From: Chiloscyllium plagiosum
Lineage: Eukaryota
Length of the DNA: 64,000 nucleotides
NCBI RefSeq assembly: GCF_004010195.1
Contig: NC_057748.1
Coordinates: 17,346,885-17,410,884, forward strand
Direction: 5' to 3'
In this document: piece by piece, positions 27,158-38,780 of the stretch
Position numbering within the stretch: position 1 is the stretch's first letter
Layout: every line of letters begins with the position of its first letter
Program-made: the position numbers and the translations under genes
Notes under the pieces: model-generated
What the model saw: only the letters and a program-made list of their open reading frames with translations
Told to the model about the DNA's origin: nothing
Databases searched by the model: none

Positions 27158-27250
27158 ATGGAAGCTGGGGGGGATATGGCTGAGAGAGAGCCGGAGCCCC
27201 ACACTCTCTGCCTGTTTGATGTGGACGGCACTCTGACTGCAGCAAGACAG
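27158..27250 (+). CDS. PMM1: Phosphomannomutase 1, exon 1 (MEAGGDMAEREPEPHTLCLFDVDGTLTAARQ); alternative start at 27176
   Basis: HAD motif I FDVDGTLT; donor CAG/gtaagg at 27251. Confidence 0.93.
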
Positions 27251-27945
27251 GTAAGGGGGAAGGGGAAGGGGACCTTGTACAAGGTCAGTGCTGTGCTCTG
27301 CTCTCAGTCAGTTCACTTTGCTGCAATGTTAGTTAAAGCAAGTGTCTGTGTGTGTGTGAGAGAGAGAGAGAGAGCTCACCAGAATATGCCCCTCTGCTCA
27401 AACCCCTGTGCGCTCTCGATCAGAGACCAAAGTCCGCCTCCTTCAAGAGATCATTTTAAAAGGGCTATATCAGGACAGGGGCTGATATGAACGGCCCTTT
27501 AACAAACTGTTCGGTCTGGCTTTCCCCCTTGGTGGCAGGATACTGGGGAAAGGAGTAGTGTCCTGAATAATAACAGGGGGAGTTAGGAGGGCAAGTTGAA
27601 CAGGAGATTTGGGAATATACGCAATGTCAGAACAGAAGGGCTTGACTTTGAAGTGTTTTAAGACTATTAAAGGATTTAATAGATTTTCTCTCTCTCTCTC
27701 TCTCTCTCTATCAATTCTTTATCCTCTTGGGTTGGGGAGTCAAGAAGCTAAAATAGGGTTTGTCCAGGAAGCCCTGCCTCCAGGTTCATGGCTATGGGTA
27801 TCTGAGGCCCTCCTTGCCTCCCCCCTCCCCTGTAAAGCTTTTGATGATGTGCTCAAATCGATATTTGTAAAACTGCAATTGAATGTGTTTTGTTAAGGAA
27901 TTGTCATCTGATCCAGTCTGGATACAACGGGGAGCCTGGTGATTA

Positions 27946-28602
27946 CTCATGGAGTCAAAGAAATGTCCAGCACAGAAACAGACCCTTCGGTCCGACTTGT
28001 CTATGCTAACCAGATATCCTAAATTAATCCAGTCCCGTTTGCCAGCATTTGACCCATATCCCTCTTCAACCCTTCCTATTCATATACCCATCCAGATGCC
28101 TTTTAAATGTTGCAATTGTACCAGCCTCCACCACTTCCTCTGGCAGCTCATTCCACACGCAGCACCCTCTGTGTGGAAAAAGTTGCCCCTTAAGTCTCTT
28201 TTATGTCTTTCCCCTCTCACCCCAAACCTATGCCCTCTAGTTCTGGACTCCCTTATCCTGGGGAAAAGACCTTGCCTATTTATCCTATCCATGCCCCTCA
28301 TGATTTTACAAACCTCAATAAGATCACCCCTCAGCCTCCGACGCTCCAGGGAAAACAGCCCCAGCCTGTTCAACCTTTCCCTTTAGCCTCCAATCCTGGC
28401 AACATCCTAATTAATCTTTTCTGAACTCTTTCAAGTTTAACATCTTTCCTATGGCAGGGAATCCAGAATTGAACACAATATTCTAAAAGCGTCCTAACCA
28501 TTGTCCTGCAACATGACCTCCCAACTCCTATACCTGTTGCACTGACCAATAAGGGAAAGCCTACCCAATGCTGCCTTCAGTAGCCTGTCTACCTGCGACT
28601 CC
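27946..28602 (-). mobile_element. CR1/HER1-type LINE 3' fragment in PMM1 intron 1
   Basis: ORF 28080..28373: RLGLFSLERRRLRGDLIEVCKIMRG...RTRGH. Confidence 0.9.
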
Positions 28603-28629
28603 CAATGGTGTAAATACAGCAGGAGTGAC

Positions 28630-28998
28630 TCAGTCGGTTCACCTCTGAGGCAGAGCATCATGAGTTCAAGCCCCAGTTCCAGACACTTCAGTACAAAGGG
28701 CAGTCAGTACTGGGGGGGGGAGAGTGCTGCATTGTCAGGGGTGCACTCTCTCAGATGGAGCATGAAAGCTCTCTGGTATGAGAGAGAGAGAGAGAAAGTT
28801 CCTCATCTCTGAGAGAATGCATAGCTCTCAACAAATACCAGGTTGGGAAAAAAACTATCTGGTCCTTGTGGTGTGGGAGCTAACTGTGCAACACTTCTGC
28901 CCCGTTTCCTACAGCACAACTTTAAGATGCACGCCTTTGGTTGTAGTTAATCCTGGGATGTCCTGAGGCTGTCAAAGGCGCGAGATTAATTCAGATCT
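28630..28998 (+). mobile_element. Degenerate Deu-domain SINE (SacSINE1/AmnSINE-like)
   Basis: cagtactg...gagtgctgcattgtc, gtgggagct..ctgtgc...cgtttcctac and gggatgtcctgagg...aaaggcgc resemble the DeuSINE layout as recalled; not verified by search. Confidence 0.5.
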
Positions 28999-29211
28999 CT
29001 CTTGTAGTAATGGTGCGTGGGTTCCTGAGGTGACTCTGGCTCCCAATCACTTTCCTCAGCTGCTGTGGCCTCAGCCAAGGTCAGGCATTCCCGGCTGAAC
29101 TCTTCATGAGGCCAAGCCGACCCGAGCACCTGGGACAACCACCCGCCCCCGCCCCCACCCCCGAACACACACCCGGTTGAACTAGCCTCTCACCACCTTG
29201 TTCTCTTATAG

Positions 29212-29329
29212 AAAATCACGCCTGAGCTGGACGAGTTTTTCCAGCGGCTCCGGACCAAGGTGAAGATCGGTGTGGTGGGTGGCTCTGATTACATCAAGAT
29301 CGCGGAGCAGCTGGGGGAAGGAGAGGAAG
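29212..29329 (+). CDS. PMM1: PMM1 exon 2 ([39 protein letters not shown])
   Basis: 118 nt, AG/GT boundaries. GGSDYxKIAEQLGxGxEV and the exon length match PMM1 rather than PMM2; synteny with DESI1 and POLR3H agrees. Confidence 0.95.
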
Positions 29330-29549
29330 GTGAGGCCACTGGGCCACATGGGGGCGCTGGAGCAGGAGGCCTGGGTTCCCGTCGACGGGCCGTTCTCGCA
29401 CGTGGTCAGCCGCGAGCGGGTTTGCTGGGGTCCCTGCGCATGTGTCAGCCCTTCGTGGGAAACACTGCCCGGAAGTTCCCTTGGTGGATATCAGCTCCTT
29501 TGTGTGAGATAACTGGGCGTTACGATTATGCCAGGGCTAGGTGGTGGTT

Positions 29550-30078
29550 TTAGATTAGATTCCCTACAGTGTGGGAACAGGCCCTTCGGCCCAACCAGTC
29601 TACACCGACCCTCCGAACAGTAGCCCTGCCAGATCCATCTCCCTCTGACTAATGCACCTAACACTATGGGCAATTTTGGCGTAGCCAATTCACATGGTCT
29701 GCACATCTTTGGACTGTGGGAGGAAACCAGAGCACCCGGAGGAAACCTGCACGGACATGGGGAGAATGTGCAAACTCCACGCTGACAGTCACCCGAGGCT
29801 GGAATTGAACCTGGGAGCCTGGTGCTGTGAGGCAGCAGTGCTAACCACTGAGCCACCGTGCCGCCCCATGTTGGTGTCGCGTAGCCAATTCACCTGGTCT
29901 GCACATCTTTGGACTGTGGGAGGAAACCAGAGCACCCAGAGGAAACCTGCACGGACACGGGGAGAATGTGCAAACTCCACGCTGACAGTCACCCGAGGCT
30001 GGAATCGAACCTGGGAGCCTGGTGCTGTGAGGCAGCAGTGCTAACCACTGAGCCACCATGCCACCCCATGTTGGTGTC
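29550..30078 (-). mobile_element. HE1-type SINE with a 200-bp tandem duplication (29679-29878 / 29879-30078)
   Basis: Two near-identical 200-bp units, each including SINE head plus the flank ccccatgttggtgtcg. Confidence 0.88.
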
Positions 30079-30514
30079 GTGGTCATGTCCCAGGATAATA
30101 AACCACAGGCAGGTGGGACCCATTCAGTTTGGGATTATGGTCGACATGGACTGGTTGGACCCAAGGGTCTCTTTCCGTGCTGTATGACTAGTATCACTGA
30201 CGACGAGACATCTTCTGATTGTTATAAGGACCCATCTGGTTCACCAATGCCCTTGAGGGAGGGAAATCTGGCACCCTTACCCAGTCTGGCCTAGATGTGA
30301 CCCACAGTCATGTAATTGCCTCCTAATGATCCTTTGAAATGCCTCTAAGATGCCACTCAGTTCTAGGGGTGGGCAAGAAATGCTGCCTGGGCCGGTGATG
30401 GCCCGAGTCCCACAAATAAGTTGTTTCTTGGGTTCACAGTTGGTCCCTTTCTTCAGGCACCTCCCTGCTTTGGCTCTGAAACCGTGGAGGAGTGCGGTAA
30501 GCACCAGCCACCAC

Positions 30515-31192
30515 TGTGACCGTGTACCAGCAGTGCCAGTGCAGGCAGTGGCTCAGGAAGGCAGCTCACTACCACCTTTCCAGTGCAACCAGGGACGGGC
30601 AATAAACGACAGCCCACATTGCCAATTCACCCATCACAAGTCAATACAAAATGGACCTGGATGGAATGGCTCAGGATCTTGAAGGGGCGATACTAAATCC
30701 TCCTCTCTTTCTGTGACCGTGCCTGTCCTATCGAAGATGTGCAGGTTAGGATGGATTGCCCCATGCTGAATTAGGAGAAAGTGAGGACTTCAGATGCTGG
30801 AGATTAGAGTCAAAAGCGTGGTGCTGGAAAAGTCTGGCGCTTGATTGTAATCTTGTGACCGTGTACCAGCAGTGCCAGTGCAGGCAGTGGCTCAGGAAGG
30901 CAGCTCGCTACCACCTTTCCAGGGCAACTAGGGACGGGCAATAAACGACAGCCCACATTACCAATTCACCCATCACAAGTCAATACAAAATGGACCTGGA
31001 TGGAATGGCTCAGGATCTTGAAGGAGTGATACTAAATCCTCCTCTCTTTCTGTGACCGTGCCTGTCCTATCGAAGATGTGCAGGTTAGGATGGATTGCCC
31101 CATGCTGAATTAGGAGAAAGTGAGGACTTCAGATGCTGGAGATTAGAGTCAAAAGCGTGGTGCTGGAAAAGTCTGGCGCTTGATTGTAATCT
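30515..31192. repeat. 339-bp tandem duplication (30515-30853 / 30854-31192)
   Basis: Units start tgtgaccgtgtaccagcagtgcc and end cttgattgtaatct, with only a few substitutions. ORFs at 30756 and 31095 start identically, 339 nt apart. Confidence 0.92.
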
Positions 31193-31694
31193 CACCGTGA
31201 AGCCCCTTCCATGGAAGCCCACCTTGAAGAAGTTCTCCTCCTCCCTCTATCACTCAGCCCCCCCCCCCACCCACACACATGCCTGACGAAGAGCATATGC
31301 TTGAAACGTTGACTCTTCCTGCTCCTCAAATGCTGCCTGACCGGCTGTGCTTTTCCAGCACCACACTTTTTGACTCTGCCCATGTTAAATTGTCCATAGT
31401 GTCTAGGGATATGCAGGTGAAGGGGTTAGCTATTGGGAAACACAGGGTTACAGGGATTGGGACTGGGAGGGATGCTCTATGAAGGGTCAGTGCAGCCTTG
31501 ATAGGCTGAGTGGCCTCTTTCTGCACTGTAAGGGTCCTACGATCTGAGCACTGTGCCCCACGATTACATGGAGCTGAGGATTATCAGATGATCCATGATC
31601 TTAGTGAATGGCAGGCCAGATGCAGTGGGCTGAATGGCCTCCTTCTGCTCTTCTATCTTTACAATCTCACCCAGCTCTCCGTTCCTTTCCACAG

Positions 31695-31771
31695 TCATTC
31701 AGAAATTCGATTACGTCTTCGCCGAAAACGGAACAGTCCAGTACCGAGACGGAAAGTTCATCACAAAGGAG
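31695..31771 (+). CDS. PMM1: PMM1 exon 3 (VIQKFDYVFAENGTVQYRDGKFITKE)
   Basis: 77 nt, FDYVFAENG motif, AG/GT boundaries. Confidence 0.95.
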
Positions 31772-32931
31772 GTGGGTCCAGAAATCACCCAAGGTCACTT
31801 CACGGTCCAGACCAGGATCACACAGTTTTACGAATCCCAGGCAATGCATCGAGAACAAATTTAGAAACGCGATTTTAACCAACCTGTTTGGACATATTAT
31901 TACTCGCATGAAAAGGTTTGGAGAGAAAGATCAAATGGAATGGGGAAGAAGGCACACGGGGCCGAATGGCCTACTCCTGCTTCTTGTTTCTGTGTATTCA
32001 GGGCAGCTGGGATTGAATCTGCAGCCCCTGTCTCAGAGATAGGGGCATTACACTACGCCTCAGGACTGTCAGAATACTATGCGTCCGCTAAAGAGTGGGA
32101 CACGTTGAAATGTTTTGTTAGATTTGATTAGATTAGATTCCCTACAGTGTGGAAACAGGCCCTTCGGCCCAACAACCCCACACCGACCCTCGAAGAGTAA
32201 CTCACCCAGACCCATTTCCCTCTGACTAATTGACCGAACACTATGGGACAATTTAGCATGGCCAATTCACCTGATCAGGACACGAATGACAAATTTCAAA
32301 TCTCACAACCATTTGTACAACAGGGGAATGTGGTGAAGAGGAAAGTTTTTCACTCAAAGAGTTGCGAGGGATGTAGAGCAATGGAATGGCTTTAAGGCAG
32401 AGGTAGATTCCTGATTAAGGAGGGAGTATTATTTATCTCTTTATCCATCCACGGGATGAGGGTGTTGCTGGCTAAGCTTGCATTTATTTTCTTTTTTTTT
32501 TAAAAATCTCCCACACTACCGCCTAACTGCGGTAGTGCTTATTTTTTCCCAGCACCCATGTTGTGTGTGTGCACAGGTGTGAACATTCTTGGTTTTTTTT
32601 TCCTCCCTTTTTTTTCCCCATGGTGTGTGTGTGTGTAGGTGTGAGACACAGTGAGTTAATGAACTAGATGGGTTTTTCCAACAGTCGACAATGGGATTTA
32701 TGGTTATCATTAGTTTCTTAATTCCAGATTTTTTTTCAAATTCCTTGGCAGGATTTGAACCTGGGTCCCCAGACATTACCTGGGTCTCTGGATTAACAGT
32801 CCAGTGATAATACCAGTAGGCTGTCACTTCTGCTTCGGTGATTCAGTATTCTCAGTGATCTATTTGCCATACAGTAACAACATCTTCTATATTTGAGGTA
32901 ACATTCAACTGTTCCAGACTTCTACACATAT

Positions 32932-33384
32932 GCAAAGTTTGGGAGAAGATTTGTAGCTCGGGTGCTCGTTGTTGTGGTTCTGTTCGCCGAGCTGGGAATT
33001 TGTCTTGCAAACGTTTCGTCCCCTGTCTTGGCCGACTAGCCACGAAACGACACGACCAGCTATCCTTAGTAGCCACACACGCAGATGGGACAACACTACC
33101 ATTATAGGGCAAGCCAAACAGAGAACAGCCAGGGAATTCCTAGAGGCATGGCATTCATCCACAGACTCTATTAACAAACACATCGACCTGGACCCAATAT
33201 ACCGGCCACTACAGCGGACAGCTGGAACTGACAACCGGAAGCGGCAGAGACAGGCCACGATAAATGCCAGAGGAAACATCACAGAAGCGCTTCACAGGAG
33301 GCTCCCAAGCACTGAGGATGTCACCTAGACAGGGGACGAAACGTTTGCAACAAAAACTTCCAGCTCGGCGAACAGAACCACAAC
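32932..33384 (+). mobile_element. Penelope-like element 3' fragment (GIY-YIG C-terminus + pLTR) with inverted 5' pLTR piece
   Basis: WDNTTIIGQAKQRTAREFLEAWHS...INKHIDLDPIYRPL; 32970-33028 is the inverted copy of 33327-33384; hammerhead-like core at ~33312-33344. Confidence 0.85.
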
Positions 33385-34431
33385 TTCTGCATATATATCA
33401 CGGAGGGTGTCAGAGGCAAGAAAGTGGAGTTCAAACTGCACTCGGGTCAGCCGTGATCTTATTGAAGGTCGGAGCGGGCCTGAGGGGCTGAATGGCCTAC
33501 TCCTGCTCCTATCTCTTATGTTCTTAGCCCAGCAGAGTAGCCAACTCTAGTGGCCTGGAGTTTTTATCACATGACCCACTCCTGCCTGTAAATGCCTCAC
33601 CATTGGTCACCAGTGTGTCTGCCCTCATCCTTTTTCAGTCAGAAAGAAACACCTCCAATTTTGTCATCCAATTTTGATGACCGTTAAGGGCCTGTTTTCT
33701 CCGAACTGTCAGGAACATCAGTGTAGAATCTAGGAAAATAAAACAGAGGGCCAGCCACCATCTCGTGGGATAGTATAACGGGCTCGATGGGCCGAGTGGC
33801 TGTATTTCTGCTCCTATTTCTTACCCTCATACGGTATATATGAACCCCTGGAACGGCACAAAGACTGAAAATGGTTACAGCACAGGCCATTCAGCTCATT
33901 GTGACTGTGCCAGCTCTCAACAGCAGTTCGGAGCACCCTGCTCATTTCCTCTACTGCCCCGTGATTTCTCCCCCTCTCACCTGGTCCTTGTCCAGAATCG
34001 ATGATATCTGTCTCCTCCGAGCTGTTTCAGGCCATGTTTCCTGTTCCTAACCACTTACTACACAACAGCAAACTCTATCCCGCTCTACCCCAGGGTCACA
34101 GAGGCCCTTCGGTCCAACTCCTCCATGCCAACCAGAGTTCCCAACCTGAACTAGTCCCATTTGCCTGCGTTTTGCCCATATCCCTCTAAACCACTCATAT
34201 TCATGTACCTGTCCAAATGTCTTTTAAATGTCACTTGTGGTTCTTTTGCAAGTCCTGTGTTTCTCAATTCTCCACCAATGGCAGAGGCCTCTTCCTCAGG
34301 AGGTGATGGCCTGGTTGTATTTTGGCTGGACTCTGCTATAATCCAGAGCTCCAGGGAATGTCTGGGTACCTGAGTTTGAATCCTGACATGGCAGATGGTG
34401 GAATTGAATTCAGTAAATTCAATTCCACCAT

Positions 34432-34728
34432 CGGCACGGTGGTTAGCACTGCTGCCTCACAGCGCCAGAGACCCGGGTTCAATTCCCGCCTCAGGCGACT
34501 GCCTGTGTGGAGTTTGCACGTTCTCCCAGTGTCTGCGTGGGTTTCCTCCCACAGTCCAAAGATGTGCAGGTTAGGTGAATTGGCCATGCTAAATTGCCCA
34601 TAGTGTTAGGTAAGGGGTACATGTAGGGGTATGGGTGGGTTGCGCTTCGGCGGGGCGGTGTGGACTTGTTGGGCCGAAGGGCCTGTTTCCACACTGTAAG
34701 TAATCTAATCTAATCTAATCTAAAAAAA
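34432..34728 (+). mobile_element. HE1-type SINE inserted into an older tRNA-SINE (34300-34430 + 34730-34960)
   Basis: SINE consensus with (TAATC)n tail; the older family resumes on each side. Confidence 0.85.
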
Positions 34729-35176
34729 CAGGAATTACGAATCTAATGATGACAATGAATCCATTGTTGATTGTCAGGGGAGAGGAAACCCATCTAGTTC
34801 ACGAATACCCTTTCGGGAAGGAAGCTGCCTTCCTTACCTGGTCTCGGCCTACACGTGACTCCAGACCCACAGCAATGGGGTTGACACTTATCTGCCCTTT
34901 GGGCAATTAGAGGTGGATAATAAATCCTGGCCCAGTCAGTGACGCCCTTATCCCGTGAATGAAATTTTTAAAAATTTCTGCTTCCATCCCTCTTGATTTT
35001 GAACTCAATCAAATCTCCTCTCAACCTTCACCTCCCCCCCCCCCCCCACCCAAGCACAACCAGTCCAGCTATATAGTGAGTGTCAACATGAAGTGTGTAT
35101 ATTGCTCCAATTATAATCCACTGTCACCAAAGGAAATGAAATCTATAGGATACACCATCATAAATATATCTGTATG

Positions 35177-35850
35177 ATTAGATTAGATTCCCCACAGTGT
35201 GGAAACAGGCCCTTTGGCCCAACCAGTCCACACTGACCCTCTGAAGAGTAACCCACCCAGACCCATTTCCCTCTGACTAATGCACCTAACACTACGGGCA
35301 ATTTAGCGTGACCAATTCACCTGGTCTGCACATCTTTGGATTGTGGGAGGAAACCGGAGCACCCGGAGGTAACCCACGCTGACGCGTGCAAACTCCACAC
35401 AGACAGTCGCCCGGATAGGTGATTAGTGTAGATTCCATAGAGTGTCTCCCCATACAACACAGGAGCTGGACTGAGAGGGAAGCAGTCTGCTATCTGGATC
35501 CGTCTTGTATAAGATCCACATGCAGTGGTTAACATGGCTGCCGCACAGCGTCAGGGACCCAGGTTCGATTTCAGCCTTGGGTGACTGTGTGGAATTTGTA
35601 CATTCTCCACGTGTCTGCGTGGGTTTCCTGCGATTGCTCTGGTTTCCGCCCACAGTCCAAAGATTAGGAGGTTAGGTGGACTGGCCATGCTCAATTACCC
35701 ATTGCATGGAGGGATGTGTAGGCTAGATGGATTCGCCAGGGGAAATGCAGGATTACAGTGATAGGGTAGGGGGTCGGGTCTGGACAGGACGCTGTTCGGA
35801 TGGTTGCTGCAAACTGGATGGGCCAAATGTTCTCTCCCATAGGGATTCTC
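35177..35850. mobile_element. Two HE1-type SINEs in opposite orientation (35177-35412 minus; 35522-35850 plus)
   Basis: Consensus matches on each strand. Confidence 0.8.
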
Positions 35851-36489
35851 CTTCCCAATCAGAGGCAGCTCATGTGAATAGAAGAAAGGGTTGGGGGGGG
35901 GGGGAAGGGGGGGGTGGGGGGGGAGGCCATTTGGCCCATTGAACCTGTTCTTTCATTCAACACAATTCTGGTTATTTTGGGACGAGGTTTGGAAAATAGG
36001 GAGTTGTTGAAATCGAACGTGGAACCTGACCCAGGGCTGGGACGAGGAAGCAGGTTTCACTCGTTACCGACCAGAGGCATCGAGACTGAGGGAGTGGCAG
36101 ACATTAAAGATGAAACGGTCTGAGATGGTGGACACGGGGCAGGAGAAGCTTTGTGAGGAGCTGGGGCTCAGCCCCAGGTTTAGTGTGGAGACGGTGTGAA
36201 TATTCCCAAGGATGTTGGAGAGAGGGGGGAGACAGTGAGTTTGCTGAAGCAGTCTGGGACAGGGATTGAGGGGAGGGGAATCTGAAACATGTTGATATGG
36301 ATGGGGTCAGTGAAACGTGTGGCCAGGTGCTGCTTTGTCAGGATTTTGATGTTGAATCCGGAATCCGGGGAGAAAATGGACAAAACCCAACAGAGACCTG
36401 AAGGCGGGAATGTGTCTGGGAGAAGGAGGTGTTTCTGCAGAATCCTGAGGCACTGTGTTCTGTGTCCATATCCCTTTCTAACCAGTGTA

Positions 36490-36770
36490 CCCTCCCCTCC
36501 CCTCTCCCTCACCATCTTCCCATCTCCCTTCTCTGTCCTCCCTCCACCCCCCACTCACCTTTCCCACTACCCACTATCCTCCCCTCCTTGCTTCACCTTG
36601 CTTTCTCCATCCCTCCCTCCCTCCACTCACTCCCCCCACTCTCCCCCACCCCTCTCTCCCTCTCCTCCTTCCCCTCCCTCTCCTCCTCTCCCCTCCATAC
36701 ACACACACAAAACCCCCACCCTCCACCTGCCTCTCTCCTGTCCCCTCTGTTGTTTGTGTCCCTCCCTCAG
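36490..36770 (+). repeat. C/T-rich low-complexity tract upstream of PMM1 exon 4
   Basis: ~280 nt almost devoid of G. Confidence 0.85.
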
Positions 36771-36862
36771 GCTATTCAGAACCAGCTCGGTGAGGAGTTG
36801 CTGCAGGAGCTGATTAATTTCTGTCTGGGCTACATGGCTCTCATTAAACTGCCAAGGAAAAG
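36771..36862 (+). CDS. PMM1: PMM1 exon 4 (AIQNQLGEELLQELINFCLGYMALIKLPRKR)
   Basis: 92 nt, AG/GT boundaries, frame-consistent. Confidence 0.95.
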
Positions 36863-36879
36863 GTAACAATCCCCATGAC

Positions 36880-37075
36880 CCTGGGGCTGGGGCTGGAACT
36901 GGGGTCTGGGGCTAGGCTTGGGCTGGGGCCTGGGGCTGGGCTTGGGCTGGGGGCTGGGCCTGAGGCAGGGCCTGGGCTGTGCTTGGGGCTTGGGCCTGGG
37001 GGTGGGTCCAGGGATTGGTGCTGGGCCTGGGCCTGGGGCCGGAGCCAGGCTTGGGGCTGGGGATTGGGGATTGGC
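36880..37075 (+). repeat. Degenerate (GGGGCT)n / (GGGCCT)n tandem repeat downstream of PMM1 exon 4
   Basis: Visible 6-nt periodicity with many G3-G5 runs. Confidence 0.85.
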
Positions 37076-37235
37076 GGCAGGATGGGGCAGGAAGGGAGAG
37101 GGGTGAATGGACAGAGTGTGATTGGTGGAGCAGAGGGGGGAATTAATATGAATGGAAATTTGCAGGAATGGTGGAGGTGGGAGCTACTGGACAGGAATGC
37201 TTGCATTCACTCCTCCACAGTGGCTGAAGAATTTC

Positions 37236-37530
37236 AATTCCCGCCTCAGGTGACTGTCTGTGTGGAGTTTGCACATTCTCCCCGTGTCTGCGTGGGTTTT
37301 CCTCCGGGTGCTCCGGTTTCCTCCCACAGTCCAAAGACGTGCAGGTCGGGTGGATTGGCCATGCTAAATTGCCCGTGGTGTTCAGGGATGTGCAGGCTCG
37401 GTGGGTTAGCCATGGGAAATGCAGGGTTACAGGGATAAGGTAGGGGGAGTGGGTCTGGGTGGGATGCTCTTTGGAGGGTCAGTACTTGTTGATGGGCCAA
37501 ATGGCCTCTTTCTGCACTGTAGGGTTTCTA
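37236..37530 (+). mobile_element. HE1-type SINE, 5' truncated
   Basis: Consensus match starting at aattcccgcctcaggtgactgtctgtgtggagtttgcac. Confidence 0.82.
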
Positions 37531-37949
37531 TGAAATACTGACCCCTGTAGTTCGGTCTTCTCCCATCCCCCACTCTAACTGAGGACCTTGAGGTCCATCG
37601 AGCTGAGAATCCATCATTCTCTAGGGCTATGCCTCGACACCACTTCAATGGCTGTAAGGTCAGGCCGGTGTCAAGGGAGATAGTGGTGCAGTGACGTTAT
37701 CGCTTGTAATCCTGAGGCCCTGGGATAATGCTGTGGTGATGTGGGTTCAAATCCCAGCCCTGGCAGCTGGTTTCAACTCAACAAATAAACAAAATGAACC
37801 TGGAGTTGAAAACCCATCAGTCGCTCCTCCTGATTGTTGTCAAAACCTTCACTCTGAGAAATCTGGCCTACATCAGGCCCACAGCAATTCGTGGATTGGT
37901 AACTGTCCCTCTGAAATGGCAAAGGCAGTTAGGGATGGGACAACGCGTG

Positions 37950-38780
37950 GGATAGTGGGCCGAGGAGTGGCAGATGGAGTTTAATGCAGAGAAATGTGAG
38001 GTGTTGCATTTTGGATAAGATGAACCAGGGCAGAACTTAAGACAGTTAATGGTCGGGCCCTGGGGCGTGTTGTCGAACAGACAGACCCAGGGGTGCAGGT
38101 ACAGAGTTCCTTGAAAGTGGAGTCACAGGCAGACAGTGCAGTGAAGGAGGTGTTTGGCACGCTGGCCTTCATCGGTCAGAGCATTGAGTATAAGGGTTGG
38201 CACGTCCTGTTACAGCTGCACAAGACATTGGTGAGGTCACATTTGGGGTGTGCTGTACAAGTTCTGGTCGCCTAATATAGGGGAGATGCAATTAAACTGG
38301 AAAGGGGGCAAAAAAGATTTACAAGGATGTTACTGAGACTGAAGGCTTTGAGTTATAAGGAGAAGCTGGATAGGATGGGACATTTTTGCCTGGAGTGTAG
38401 GAGGCTGAGGGGTGACCTTTAGACAGGTTTATAAAATCATGATGTGAATGGATCGGATAAATAGACAAAGTTCTTTTCCCTGGGGTGGGGGAGCCAGAAC
38501 TAGAGGGCATAGGTTTAGGGTGAGAGGGGAAAGATATAAAAGGGACCTAAGGGGCAACTTTTACACACGGAGGGTGGTACGGGTATGGAATGAGCTGCCA
38601 GGGGAAGTGGTGGAGGCTGGTACAATTGCAACATTTAAAAGGCATTTGGACAGGTGCATGGATGGGGAAGGTTTAGAGGGATATGGGCCAAACACGGGCA
38701 CATGGCACTAGTTCAGTTTGGGAAACTGACAGGCATGGACGAGTTGGGCCGAAGGGCCTGTACCATGATCTAGGACTCTA
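37950..38780 (+). mobile_element. CR1/HER1-type LINE 3' fragment
   Basis: W-Q-M-E-F-N-A-E-K-C-E-V-L-H-F-G region through RTRGHRFRVRGERYKRDLRGNFYTRRVVRVWNELP. Confidence 0.9.

Noticed and set aside
36289-37438. Pro/Ser-rich and Gly/Leu-rich ORFs around PMM1 exon 4
   Set aside because: Products of low-complexity tracts; only 36771-36862 is supported as coding.
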